NCBI GenBank assembly: GCA_013265495.1
Contig: MU058582.1
Coordinates: 1 to 64,000 of the forward strand
Origin: Vicugna vicugna
Taxonomy: Eukaryota
DNA: 64,000 nucleotides
Direction of reading: 5' to 3'
Position numbers and translations under genes: made by a program. The notes beneath the pieces are model-generated. The model worked only from the letters and a program-made list of their open reading frames with translations. It was not told the origin of the DNA and searched no databases. Below, in pieces: positions 24,710 to 37,712 of this stretch (positions within the stretch are counted from its first letter, which is position 1; each line of letters opens with the position of its first letter).

Positions 24710-26660
24710 TTTTCTTTTTTAAGTTATAAGTTACATACACTAAAAACCACAATTTTTAGAAACACTTCTATGAGTATTTATAAATGTATATAGAGATGTA
24801 AGCGTCCCGCCACCGCAGCAGCCAGCAGCTCAGTCATTCCCACAGCTGCCCCAGGCGCCTTTGGAGGCGGCCCTTCCTCCAGCCCCGCCTCTGGGACTGC
24901 TGGTCTGCTCTCTGTCCCTACAGCTGGCTCCTGGTCAGAATGTCATAGAAATGCAATGACACCCGGCAGCCCTTCGGTTCCGACTACTTTCACTCAGCAA
25001 ATTGCACCTGAAATCCATCTGTGTTGTTTTAGGTGCTAATCGTTCACTGCAGGCCCCTTACTGAGTAGGTTGCACTGCATGGATGCACCACAGTTTGTTT
25101 ATCCTCCACCATATGTAAAATTAGGGTTGGATCGAGAGTCCACTGTTTGACACTTCACTTAAAGCCTTTATAACACTTGTTATAGGTACTTTGTGGGTAT
25201 AAGTTTTTATTTCACTCAGGGAAACGCCTGGGAATGGAATTGATGGCTCCTACGGCAGGTACAGGAGCGCTTGTCTAAGACTCTGGCAAACTATTATCCA
25301 GTGTGGGCGCCCGACGCTGCTTTTTGTGGTCCTCAGCCACTGAGGAGAGCTCCTTTTGCTGTCCACCCCCTGAGCTCTGGGCGTGTTAGGTTTTTATCAG
25401 AGTCGTTCTAGCGCACACCACATGGCATCACATGTTTTTAATTTTTATTTCTTTAGGGACTTACTCGATGGTGAACATCTTTCAAGGCCTTATTTGTCAT
25501 CAGCCTATCTTGTTGGTCAAGTGTTTGATCAAACCATTGCCCAATGTTCAAGCTCCGATTTTCCAAGGGTTACATGTACTCATTTGTGGGTGTGTATGTC
25601 TCTGTGTGTGTGTGTGTTTGGTTCTGTGTGGTATTATCATGTATGTAGGCTCAAATCTAGCACAGAGATCAAGAAATACCTCAGTTCCACCACCTCAAGG
25701 ACCCTCATGTTTCACCTTTATTACAACACCCATCTCCTTCTTCCCGTGCCCCCTCTCTGCCCCTAACCCCTGCAACCACTATCTACTTCTTCATTTCTAA
25801 TTTTGTTCAGAAGTTCTATGCAGAAATAAGAACTAGACTCAGAGAATGAAGACTTTTGGAATTGGCATCTTTCACTCCGCATAACCCCCTGCAGATTTCT
25901 CAAAACTGCCGTGTGCTCTAAGAGTCCCCTCCTTCTCAGGGCTGAGTCCTGTTCCAATATTCAGGTGCAGCGTCTGGGACCCAGCCTCCCTGTGCAGGAC
26001 ATCGGGTCGCTCTCACTTGGGGCTGTTGTGTGGAAGTTACTTCGAACAGCTGTGCACAGGGATCCCTGTGAACACCAGCTTTCACTCCTTGAGTTAAAGT
26101 GACCGGAGAACACTTACTGGATCATAGGGAACGAACTGCAATTTAGATTTTGAAGATGCTTCCACTGTTTCCGAATGACCGGTCCAGTTCACATCCCACC
26201 AACGTCGCAAGAGGAGCCCGGCTGTCCACGGCACTGCAGCATCCGGGCTGTCACTGTTTTTCACTTTAGCCGTGCTGATGGGTGTGCACTTGTCCCTCAC
26301 GCTGCTGCACCGGCATTACCCTCACGTCAACTGATACCCATGTTTCCAGGACCCGTCTCTGATCCTCTTCCGTGAAATACTTGCTCTTGTCTTTTGTTCA
26401 TTCTCTAAACGGACTGTGTCGGTTAATTTTTACTGTTTAGTTTTGACAATTCGTTCCATACTCTAAACACTACGTGTGTGCTGGATACGAGGTTTGCAAA
26501 ATTTTCTACGTGTCTATTCTTGTTTATTTTATCCAAATTAAAAATATTTGAAAACCAAAAACTTTAATTTTGGTGAGATTCAACTTATCAAACTTTCCTT
26601 TTACAAAGCCTGCTCCAGTGCCATCAAAGAATTCCTGTATCACCCCACATCCTGGTAATC
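24710..26660 (-). mobile_element. Old LINE-1 fragments, antisense, copy 2
   Basis: Paralogue of 11790-13720. Confidence 0.65.
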
Positions 26661-27046
26661 TTTTGTGCATTTCCTAAAACAGGCACCACGACATAAATGA
26701 CCCAAATGTGCCTAAGAAGAAAAAGATCAACTCCGCTGTGTCCGTTGATGAAGTAATGGCCTCTCACAACACCGTGATGGCGGCTGTCCCCACAGCAACT
26801 GCTACAAGCACTGCCCACACCCTTCTACCCTGCCCCCAGCACTAGACAGGATGAACGCGACACCCAGCCCCAGACAGAGGTGGGCCTCACTGCGCTGGGG
26901 GTGGGGGGAGCCCTTCCTCACTCAGCACCAGAGACTCTCCTGGGACCTGGGCTCTGGCCTGGGAGTGGGCCCCCAGTGAAAGGCTCCAATGAGCCCAGCT
27001 GCTCTCTGCTCAACAGGGAACCGGTCACCAAGGCCACAGGAAGCAG

Positions 27047-27078
27047 ATTTGCATGAGGATGTCCTTTCTGAGGATAAG
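27047..27078 (+). promoter_or_regulatory. V7 promoter
   Basis: ATTTGCAT 27047-27054; GATAAG 27073-27078. Confidence 0.8.
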
Positions 27079-27140
27079 AGAGGCCTTGAGACCCCACCCC
27101 CAGCTGTTGGCTCAGAGGCAGAGCTCAGGGCGCCTCCACA

Positions 27141-27630
27141 AGGGCCTGGACCCCCCTCCTGCTCCCCCTCCTCTCTCTCTGCACAGGTGCCGCCCCCAGG
27201 GTTCTGACCCCAGGGTACCCAGGGATCAGCCAGGCCTTCAACATCAGCTCAGCAAGGGGATGCTGCGGGGTGCTTGGTCCTAGGGAATGAGACCCTGGTC
27301 CCCACCCTCACTCTCCTCTCCTCTCCTGCAGGTTATGTGGCCTCTTCTGCACTGACTCAGCCCTCCGCGCTGTCCGTGTCCTTGGGAGAGACGGCCAGGA
27401 TCACCTGCCAAGGAGGTAACTTCGGAAGCAGTTATGCTTTCTGGTACCAGCAGAAGCCAGGCCAGGCCCCTGTGCTGATCATCTATGGTGATGACAGCAG
27501 GCCCTCAGGGATCCCTGAGCGGTTCTCTGGCTCCAGTTCTGGGGACACAGCCACCCTGACCATCAGCGGGGCCCAGGCTGAGGACGAGGCCGACTATTAC
27601 TGTCACTCAGCAGACAGTAGTGGTTACGCT
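27141..27630 (+). pseudogene. IGLV3: V7: IGLV3-like, intact V region but initiation codon lost
   Basis: CCACA AGG GCC TGG instead of CCACC ATG GCC TGG at 27141; no ATG between the TATA-like box and the leader. Splice sites intact (27186/27332); V exon open to [12 protein letters not shown]. Confidence 0.9.
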
Positions 27631-27669
27631 CACAGTGACACACACAGATGGGGAAGTGGGACACAAACC
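27631..27669 (+). other. V7 23-RSS
   Basis: CACAGTG + 23 bp + ACACAAACC. Confidence 0.95.
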
Positions 27670-30600
27670 CCCTCCCTGTCTGTGCCACATTTCTTCCAGC
27701 CCCAGGTGGCCTGTGGACAAAGCAGTGATACGTCTGGACCAGTTCCCCCACATCTGAGCTCCCAGTCTGCCCTCAACCCACCTCCCAAGCAGCTCTGTAC
27801 ACAGGGGATCAGGGGTGAAACATGGCCTGGCAGGACCAGTGTGTCCTGGGGTTGGCTTAGCAGAATATGAACAGGGGACAGAGATCCTGAATGGAAGAAC
27901 AAGCAGAGGGACACATCTTACCAGGGTAATTACTTCGGAATTTCCTTAAGTGGTCACCGGATTATCCAGCATTCGACCCCAGAATCTGTCCACTCAACTA
28001 AGCCATTGAATAGCCAGCGCCTTTCATACACACTCAGACCACTGAGTCCAAGGGGAGCAGCTCTGTTGACTAGTTACCCTGATCCTTGTCCCTGAACTGA
28101 TCAGGGTCGGGTGGGATTTCAGGGCTGGATCCTGAACCTCAGCCAGGCCCCTAGTGACAGAGAGCTGACAGGGAGAGTCCAGGAGCTGCCTGTGGCCTGG
28201 ATGAGGCCACGAGGGCAGGAGGGGAGGGATGGCTGGTCTCCCGGGGAAGGATGGTTGCTGGTGAGCAGGAGTAGAGAGGATTCCGGGGTTCAGCCCAGCA
28301 GGGACCTCTCTCACCTGAGTCTGGCTCCACTCTCAGGGGACACAGGGCCACCCCATCCATCCCCCACTCCAGGAAAGGGTTGCTCTCTCCAAGGGTTTGC
28401 AGTGACTTTGTCCCAAACATGCCCCTGTAGGTCCCCCTCGTGGGGCATGTCCTGCCCCCTTACACTGGAGGGAAGGAGCCAGGAAAACTGCAGGGACAAA
28501 CCCACCCCAATGAGGGTCCCAGCATTTCCACACCCCAGGGGACTCTGCTGCTAAGAAATGGAAGAAAGTCGACCAGAGCATCTGATGGCCAGACAGAGGG
28601 ACAGACCACAGGGTGTGAGGACGGGGATGGAAAAGGGGGGCCAGTGAAGATTATTCCCTCTGTGCTTAGATGGTGACCAGCCAGGGAGGGGGCTGCCAGC
28701 ACAGAGCCTGGGCCAGAGAGGGACGGTCAGGGTGGGCTGGCGGGGATAGCCCGATGGCCAGGATCCATCTGTGCCCACACCTGCTCCCTCCCTCTCTCCC
28801 TGTTCTGGGGAAAGCGTCCTCTGCTTTCTCTGGTCTTGCTGCTCCCAATCTCTAAGTGTCCCACCACAGCAACAGACAGCAGCTCAGACATTCCCATAAC
28901 TTACCCAGGCACCTTTGGGGTCGGCCCATCCTCCGGCCCCGCCTCTGGGACTGCTGGTCTGCTGTCTGTCCCTACAGTTGGATCTTAGTGGTGTGTGTGT
29001 AAGGGTTATCGCCCCGACCTAAAATCTTTTTCCTCCACTGTTACCTTTAAGATTCAAGTAATATTATGGCTGCATGTCCCTCACACCTGGTTTTGTTAGA
29101 AGTTGCGTATTTCTTTAGCCCTGGTCACGGGACAACATTCTCTCCAGCACCCCCAATCCTGCTAAGGCACTGTCATCCTGAAACCTTTCTCAAGCACACA
29201 GGACTGTCCCTGGTCCTGAGCTGACCCTGGGGACACCAGGGCACAGAATTTAGGACCTGCCTCAGGAGCTCTTGGCAGGGACAAAACAGGTCAGCTCCTA
29301 AATGTCTCCCATGGGTGCTGGTCACAAACACAGTCGCCAGCAAGCCTGCCGCAAGCCGGCTGCACTCCACAGTCAGGTCTTCGGAGAACCCCCTACAGAG
29401 GGGTGTCCCCTGGCCATTGGTCATCTACTCCCTCAGTATCAGGGTTAAACACCAAAAAGGCTAGAGCAGAACATAGTGGTTGGATGTTTCTCCTTCACAT
29501 GAGGCCCCTTTACATAAGAACATAAATTTTAAGTGGTCAGGGGAATTTTAAATATCTGTCCATCTTAGTGAATCTTTGCCAATACAATATCTTTTGAGAA
29601 AAATGCTTTGATCTCACAGGAGGAGACTCTGAGGCCTGTGAGATGGAGAGCGGGTTGCGGGAAGGGGTTGCTGACCCGCAGAAGGCAGGGGGTGGCCTCT
29701 GACATGGGATCAGGGCAGAAGTGACTGGACTTGACACACCGCTATGCTCAGGGGGATGGGGCACAGCACAGAGGAGCCATGGGCCCTGAGCAGGTGGTCC
29801 ACCGAGAAGGACAGCAGGACCGGGACCTCTCTGGCTCAGCCTGAATCCAGCCCTCGGACATTCTCAGTCCAGGAGAGGCTGGGGCAGCCCTGAGCATCCA
29901 TGGCTGCACCTGCACCAGCTGGGAAGGCCCGGCCCATCCCTCGAGGGGCCCCAGGGTCCAGCCAGACTCAGATTTCCTACCACAGCCACCGCAGGAGGAT
30001 ATGGTCCACAGTGGTGGCTGGCTGGAGGCTGTGGTGGGGTGGGGGGGTAGATATCTGGAGTCACTGAGCTTAGGGACAGCCCCTTTTTCTCCCCAAGAAC
30101 TGGGGCTGCTCTGGGGGAAACATAGCTTCTGTGCCTTAGGCAGTGGAAGGGAGGAGGGACCCTGCCCAGCCCCCAAGGTATGAGGAGCCCGGGCCGGAGG
30201 CTGGAGTGAGCCAAGCACTACAGTGGGGAGACAGTGGACTGGATCAGGGGCTCCCCCATACCCTGTATGATGGCTGCTACATCACCCGCACCACATTACC
30301 ATTCAGCACCTGGTCCATCTCCAAAGCAGGGACCTGCGTGTGTTGTGAAGTCCAGGCGTCAGCTCGGGGCCTGGCAGGCTGGGGTTCTTCCATAGCTGCT
30401 CCACAAGTTTGGTCAGATGACAATCACCACCATCAATTTCAGGTCTTCCTCCCGCTCACCGCCATCAGTGTCCAGAGCTGTGGAGGATCTGGGACTTCAT
30501 CCTGCCTGCAAGATATTGGCCAGTGTGTTTTGCTCCGGAGGGAGACACTGCCTCTATCTTCCAGAGTTGTCCACTAACAAAGACATCCATGAGAAGATGG

Positions 30601-31254
30601 TGCAAACAGAGGTGACCCGTGCCTGTGCTTGTGAGACCCGCAGACAGCAGCCCTCATCCACGAGAAAATGAAGTTCAGGCTGTTGGCCTGTGACCGTGTC
30701 CCACTAAAGGGGCTGGACTGATTTTCACCAGGTGTAGCAGGATGGTCAATCACGGGCAAAAGGACTCTTAAGGGACATCTTAGGAAAGTCACTTTGGGAG
30801 TCCTAGGGTAGTAGGGCCTCTTTCAGAGTTGCTGAAACAGAAAACCAGGAGGGCTGCACTGCTGGACTGAAGTGTATGTATTAGAGCTCCTGGGGACAAA
30901 AAGCAACTAGAAGTGAGAGGGTAGGTGCTGGCCGTGACAAGCAGGAATGTGCAGCCTGAAGCCCTGAGTCCTTGCTACCCCAGCAGTGTGACAGCACCGG
31001 GACCCAGACAGAGGCCACAAGCTCAAAACACACTCTGGAACCGTGCGAGGCCTGGCCTCTTGACGGTGTGACATCCAGAATGTATGGAATCTGCTTGAAC
31101 ATCAGTGTCCTCATCTTCCACTGGGGAAGAAACATCAGCTCAGCGGGCAGTCAGCTCTGCTGTGAGCACTGGATAAGCAGCACCCTCTCATCACTGCATC
31201 ACTGTGTCCCGTTTTGCATTCCTGGGCTTCAAAACGGACCCCAACCAAGCAGAC

Positions 31255-31342
31255 GTGTGATCTCGTTAATCCTTGTGGCCTCCCTGCAGCAAAGGAACTG
31301 CCTCCATTTTACTGATATGGAAACTGAGGCCCGGAGGTGACC
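31255..31342. mobile_element. MIR SINE core fragment (duplicate at ~58020-58103)
   Basis: CCATTTTAC..AT..GGAAACTGAGGC motif. Confidence 0.7.
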
Positions 31343-31981
31343 TAGATCTGGCTGCTTTCAACATCACTCCTTGAATAAGCAGTAGAGGACCCCTGCCTGG
31401 CTGAGGAGCTGAGTGAGGAGCTGAGTAAGGAGCTGACCAGGGGCTGCTGGCCAGGCTTAGCCAACCCAGCCAAGGAAGGGTGGTCTCTACTGGCCAGAGT
31501 GGAGGCTGCAGGGACCCAGCCTGGGGGACTGGTCAGTAGAGAAGCCCAACCCATTGTACTCGGGCCTCTGCAACTCCTGTTCCGCTGGGCACTCATCCAA
31601 CCTCCACAGCCTGGCCAGGCCCCTGGGAGATGCTCCACAGCTGGAGATACCCTAATGGAAGAGAGGTGTCAGTGAGGCAGTTGTGTGGATCCCGGAGCCC
31701 TGGGGGCGGGGCTGGTGGCGGACCTTGGTGTCAAGGTTGAGCCTTGTATCCTCACCACAGTGGAGCAGTTAGCAGATGCCACTATGAGAGAGGCCCCGAA
31801 GAGTAAGGCTTGTGGGCCCTGGAGGGGGCCGGAGGCCAGGGATCATGACAGAAAAAGCTCAGGCAGAGGAGGGGCCACGCGGCTGGGGCGCACTGGGGCA
31901 GCCACTACTGGCGAGAGAAACCAGGGGTACTTGCTGGCCTCCCTCCAGGTGGGCTGGAGTTGCCTTTGACCCTGAGGGCCA

Positions 31982-32146
31982 ATGAGGCCCAGGACAGGCC
32001 AGCTGGGTCATAAGGACTCCAGGTACCCCTGACCTCTAATACTGCTGGCCTACCAGTCGCCCCTGGCCGGCTGCCTCCATTGGCAAAACCGCGGTGAGTG
32101 GGGCCCCGGCATGGAGCTCATCCAGCCTGCAGCGCCTCTGATACAG
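31982..32146 (+). pseudogene. Orphan duplicate of lambda5-like (IGLL5-type) exon 1
   Basis: ATG AGG CCC AGG ACA GGC CAG (MRPRTGQLG), internal deletion and TGA at 32030-32032. Donor CAG|GTAAGG at 32146. No exon 2 or J in this copy. Confidence 0.85.
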
Positions 32147-33249
32147 GTAAGGGGCTGAGTGAGCCGTGGCGCAGCGGGAGAGGGGTTCCCTTTGAGGACA
32201 CCCAGAAATGGAAGCCTGCATGGGAGAGCTGTGAGAAAGGAATTCAGCGGGAGAGGAGGGGCCTGAGCAGACACTGGTTTTTTTTGAAATGTTGACATTT
32301 TGTGAAGTGTGGATTTGTTTGAATTGATTTTTATTTTTTACTATTGTACTGAAATATTATTTATCTCAGTGATTGAGTTTTGGAGGTACTCCTTAAATTT
32401 GGCGCCCAAGCCTGCCCCGCCCCGGTCCTCTGACCAAGTAAGAAGCAGGGAGGCAGGGCCAGGGCATCCCCAGCAGGCACTGATCATTTTAGGGGCAGCG
32501 GCCCCACAAGGCAGATCCTGCTTTCATCCCCATCTTCCAGAAAGGGATAGAGGTCCAGAAAGAAGTTTCCTGCCCAATGTCACACAGCACATGGGCGCAG
32601 TCCCAGGACTGTAAGAAATGCAAGGACTGAACAGGTACCAGCGTGTCCTGTGTTTTAAGAAAACGATCCAAGAGACAGGCCAGTCTGCAAGGCATCCAGA
32701 AAAGGGAGCCAGGGCTTGGCACAGTCTTCCCCAGGGAGCTCAGGTCCTCAGGGTGGCTCCTAAATGTTTTCTGGGTCCAGGCCTGACCCAAGGGTTCATG
32801 TCCAGGCACAGGACCCATGGACCATTTCAGGAACAGTAAGATGGGAGGGGTTTGCCAGAGCTGGTCTTACAGACCCAGGGTGCTGACCCCTGATGCGAGC
32901 TCCAGGCAAAGGGAGCAGCGTGGGCTGAGGAGGACACTGCGGTCCACAGGCCAGAAGGGAGCTTCTGGAGCTGGTGAGATCGGCACAGAACTTGGGGGTC
33001 TTTTATTCTGGGGTCGAGGCGGAGTCATGGAGGGATTTAAGTGGGGGATTGTCAGAGTCAGATTCCTGTTTTAGAAAAATGGCAGCAGATCGGAGACTGG
33101 TGTGAGGCCAGATTAGAGGATGGAGGAGTGGCTGGTCCACGGTGACCAGGTACCAAGATCTCCGATGGAAACAGCAAGTGGATGTGAAGTGATGGTGCCG
33201 GAGGGCTGACGGGGAGGAACAGGCACTGACCTGGACTGTCTATACAAGT

Positions 33250-35940
33250 CTAAAACATACACACATTTTGCAAAATGCAGCAAGTCATTTTAAAACAGCA
33301 TATTTATTTAAATTGCATACTTTACAGAGATACAACCAGAGGCTTCCAGACCAGAAACTCAATATTATTAATGATGGGAGAAAATGGAAATAACCCAAAT
33401 ATCCAGCAGGAAGGGTGGGACTAAATACACATGGACTCTTACACAACCCTCCAAAATTATGCTTCTGAAATTGGGTTTTCAAAGTATGTGGGCATTTTCA
33501 AAAGCTGGTCAGAAAATATACAAAAATTTCAGGGGCGTGTCTCTGGCTGGTGGGGTTCCACCTAGTGTTAATTTTTGCTTTATAATTTTCTATAGTTACG
33601 AAAATGTTCATGAGAAGATATATTTCATTTCTATCTTGAAATAATTTTTAATACAGGAGTCATATGTGCTTTTAAACTAAGATTAAGCACAAAAGTGTAT
33701 AAAGTAAAAACTGCATTTCCCGTTACCATCCCCCCACATTCTACCCGTGTTGGGATTTTATTTTACCAACAAGGAGTCATACTCTGTACAGTAGCCTGCG
33801 GCTATCTTTTCAATTTGTTGACATTTTTTCCATCAGTCCATAAGAAGTTCATCATGGCTTTGTCAGGCTTCACAGTCTGGGTGAACGAACATGTCTCTAG
33901 TCATTCCCCAAGTAATGGACATTTAGGTTGTCTCCATTTAAAGATATCAATTACAAGAGATGCTACAGTGGAAACTGCCACACACGTGCACATGCTGTGT
34001 ACGTGTGTGAAGTGCACTTAAGTGTCTCCATACGAACAATGCCTAACAGTGGGATTGCTGGTTTGGGGAGAACACGCTTTGAAATGTTCCCAGGTGGTGA
34101 CACTGGTCCTCCCAAAAGTCTGGTCCAGCTTCCACTCACGAGAGGGAATGACGGTGCCTTTTCCTCCCCAACGTTGCCAACAACGTGGCAAGGCTGATCC
34201 TTTTGTTATTTTGCACATATGATGAGCAAAAATGAGCATGCATATGTTTACTGTTTATTTATTTGATCATTCATGAAACTTATTTTCCTTTCATATTCTT
34301 ATTCAGTGATTTCATTTCTTCTGTGAATTTACTGGTTATAATTTTGCCTGGTTTGTTTTTTTTTTTTTTACTCAGTTTGTTGTAATTTCTTAAAGTTCTA
34401 TAGAAAAAGTTCTTGATTTATTTGGGATATAACCCCTCATTAAGTAGGTGTGGCATAAATATTTTTCCCAGCTCTTTTTTATGCCTTTTGTTTGTGAGGT
34501 CCTTCACCATAAAGCCGTTTGAATTTTCACATGTCAGGTTGGCTGTTTCTGTGATCTGTGGCAAACAGAGGAAAGGCATCTTTATTTCGATTTTCTTTTC
34601 TATTTCATTCAGGTGCTTTCATTGCTCTGCTGTGTGTTTTCTCTCTGCCTGGAGTTTTCTTTAGCATACGCAGGAATATTACCTTATGTATTTTCCACAT
34701 GGAGAGCCATCGTCCTATATTTATCCTGAATATGAACACAATTTTTATCAAATCTTAAATCATTGATGTATCACATCCTCCCTTTGGTTCTACTGATCTA
34801 ATGATCAGTTCCCATGTCCGTTTCACCCTGTTTCAATAATTTTCGCTTGACAGTGTGTTTCAGTACCTGGCAGAGAACGACCCTGTCATTATGACTCACT
34901 CAAAATGTCTGCGTTTGTTGTCTGTCATTATTCTCTCTGTTGGACTTTATAATCAGTTCACTACTTTTTAAAAAATATCGCTTTGGTGCTGTGTTTATAA
35001 TTTCATGGATTAGATGGGCTCCTTTAAGTGAACTGATATCTTTGTCTATTGTGTCTGTTACTCAAGGTGCGTTATGATTTATCCATGTGAATTTTGCTTG
35101 TTTTGTGTTAAGTTTATTCCTAGGGGTTTTAATAGAATTTTCAATGAAGTTGTAAATGTTTCTCCAGTTTCCTATCCTGGATGGTAACTGCCTGTGTTGG
35201 AGGAAACCTGACCTTTCCCTATGGTACTCGTACTGTCGTTTTCGTTAACGCTTGTATTGTTTCCAATACTCCTCCAGCTTAGTGTCTTGGGATTATTTTT
35301 TTTAAGTAGACTAACCCAGCATCTTCAAAGAACAATTTGATCTCATTATTCCTAACATTCATCCCCCCTCATCTCATTCCATGGGTTCAAATCTGTAGAC
35401 TATCTTGACTAGTGAAAAGTCAGAGTGGGAACCCTGGCCTTTAAAGCGGTTCTACCTTTAAGTGGGAATTTTACTGTAAGGTTTGGGAGACATTCATTAC
35501 CACATTGAGGACGTTTCCTTAGATGATCAACTTAATGCAAGGCTGGATGCTTGCTTTCTTTAAATCAGAAACAAGGGTGGCATTTATACCAAGGAATTTT
35601 ACTGTAAGTTTTGGGAGACATCCATTACCACGCTGAGGACGTTTCCTTAGATGATCAACTTAATGCAAGGCTGGATGCTTGCTTTCTTTAAATCAGAAAC
35701 AAGGGTGGCATTTATACCGCTGTTCTAGTACATTTTTGTCAAAAAGCTTACATGCCACCTTAAATACAGCCGTGACCGAATCATCCTGCTGCTGTGGTGA
35801 AAACTGCTGGTCCCAGGTTACCTACCAGCTTAGAAAACTACGTTGGGAGAGGAAATCATATTTGGCAAAGCCTAACATCCTTGTCATCATAAACTCTTAG
35901 AACATATCTGGGGTGGTTTTTTTTCCTTATTCTAAGTATT
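33250..35940 (-). mobile_element. Old LINE-1 (L1M-type) fragments (duplicate ~60000-62590)
   Basis: AT-rich, antisense L1 motifs (AATGGACATTTAGGTTG, GTGGGATTGCTGG). Boundaries approximate. Confidence 0.6.
35465..35718 (+). repeat. 128-bp tandem duplication
   Basis: 35465-35590 and 35593-35718 near-identical; single copy at ~62235-62360. Confidence 0.9.
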
Positions 35941-36449
35941 CTAGTGATATTTTTGTGTTACAGTTGGACAGCTCAGACAGAAGGTGATTCAGTGAGGGCA
36001 AAACATTTGGGGATGGCTCCAGGCCTCCAGCTTGGGGAGAGACCTACTGAAGGGAGGACAAGGAGAGGGAACAAGCCTCCCAGGGAAATGTGTGGAGGTC
36101 AGGTGGGGAATGCTGAGTTTGCCATGTCTGTAGGGCATTCAAGCACAGATGCGTTCAGGAGGCAGAATGTGCATAAATCTACAGCCAAAAGAGAAGTCAG
36201 GAGTGGAAATAGGGATGCAGGATCCCTGAGCAGTTGTCAGAGAGCACAGTGTGGGTCAGAGGCAGAGAAAGTGAGAGAGCACAGGGGACTGGGGAGGGAC
36301 CTCAGACTTGACTGGGTTGGAGACTTTGGAAGCTTTGACCTGAGAAGTTTCAGGGAGAGATGGAGGTCAGAGGGAGGGGGCTCCACACACTCTGTCCCAG
36401 CATGTGAAACAGTACCTGGCACATGGATGCTTGGGAGCCATGCTTGGAC

Positions 36450-36625
36450 AGATTGAAAAATGGTGGGTAGATGATTGATGGATAGATGGATGATAGATGA
36501 TGGGAGGATCGATGATGGATGGATGATAGATAATGGATGAATGATGGATGGATTATAGATCATGGATTGATGATGGATGGGTGATGGAGGGATGGATGTT
36601 GGATGATGGGGGGATGATGGATGGA
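36450..36625 (+). repeat. (GGAT/GAT)n degenerate microsatellite
   Basis: Visible repeat; shorter copy at ~63095-63180. Confidence 0.85.
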
Positions 36626-37479
36626 AAGTCAGAAAGACAGTGATCTGAGAAATCAAAGAAGGCTTCATGAAACAGGTGGAAATGAACTGGGTGCAGGCCA
36701 TCCCCACATGGAGCACCAGGACAGGATTGCACTGGGAGGAAACCACCTGGCTGGACTGTGGGAAATTATGGGGCAGGAACACTCAGAGGCCCTAAAATGA
36801 GGCCAGGAGATATTGGCCAGGTCCGAGCCAGCTCAGGTCTCTCTCGGCCGCATCCCATGGCCACCTGCTGGCACACGGTCTGCACATTTCTGACCCCCAT
36901 GCCCTGGCACCTCCAGAGGGGACAGGTTCTTAGAGAGGCCACCTGATTTCCAGCAAATACCGGCCGACTGACAAGCTCCAGAGATAACCCAAACCGGGTT
37001 CGGTGAACCTTTACATCTACAGACCATCACTGTGGCCCCCTCCACAGAGCACGTGGCCCAAGCTGGCCCAAGGTGGGCACCCTACTCCGTCTCGCCTTCA
37101 GGCCAGACTAAGGTGATAACTCGTTTTCAGGTAGGAAACAGGCAGGGGTCCGAGGTGTTCCCCGGGGACTAGCTCAAGAGCACCCTGCGGGAAGGCGGAG
37201 CTTTCAGGGCTGGAATTTACGTTTTGTGTGGCCGGGCCTCCTCATGCTGTCCCCTTTCAGACTCTGCAGAGAGAGAACTGCTGAGTCAGCAGCTCCCCAC
37301 CAGGAAGCAACGTGGTCCGACAAATCCCGTTTTCTGTTTCCTCCTGGGAAAAGTCTCACGAGATCCTGGGATCCTGAGTGGGGTCACCCAGGGAGGCTAG
37401 AAGGGGTTCATTTAAATAGGCTGGAAGAGCATGGGGAGAGAGGGAAGGGGTGGCTGTAGCCACGCCCACGGGTCTGCAC

Positions 37480-37712
37480 GGGGTGGGGGATGGGGACTAC
37501 AGGTAGAGTTAGGGGACTGGGATGGGATGGAGGTGGGGTAGAGGGTCTGGCTGAATAGAGGATGCATGGGATGGGGATGGAGTGCGGGGATGGGTGAGGT
37601 GCGTGCAGGGGATGGAGATGGAATGACGGTGGGGTTGGAGCTGGCTGGAAGGACGCGATGGCAATGGCGGATGGAATGGAGGATGGGAGTGCATGATGGA
37701 GTGGGATGAGGG
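37480..37712 (+). repeat. G-rich (GGATG)n-like low-complexity tract
   Basis: Visible composition. Confidence 0.7.

Larger units (their letters stand above)
1835..27331 (+). repeat. Tandem segmental duplication, two ~12.6-12.9 kb units (V1-V2-V3 and V4-V5-V6)
   Basis: Colinear homology of 1835-14393 with 14394-27331: same order of ERV-L, V, MLT2, V, L1, promoter. Confidence 0.9.
27332..36890 (+). repeat. Segmental duplicate of V11 3' half and V-J intergenic region (partner 53957-63486)
   Basis: Colinear homology, offset ~26.6 kb, ending at ...CATGGCCACCTGCTGGCAC (36870) / ...CATGGCTACCTGCCGGCAC (63465). Confidence 0.92.

Noticed and set aside
30143..30671. Possible decayed coding sequence (FLPLTAISV...VLLRRE; copy ~56920-57410)
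   Set aside because: Frames are partly open in both copies, but I could not assign a family and the copies are recent paralogues; needs tblastx.
36237..36782. 181-aa His/Pro/Ile/Ser-rich minus ORF (and 37408-37887)
   Set aside because: Translation of (ATCC)n-like microsatellite.
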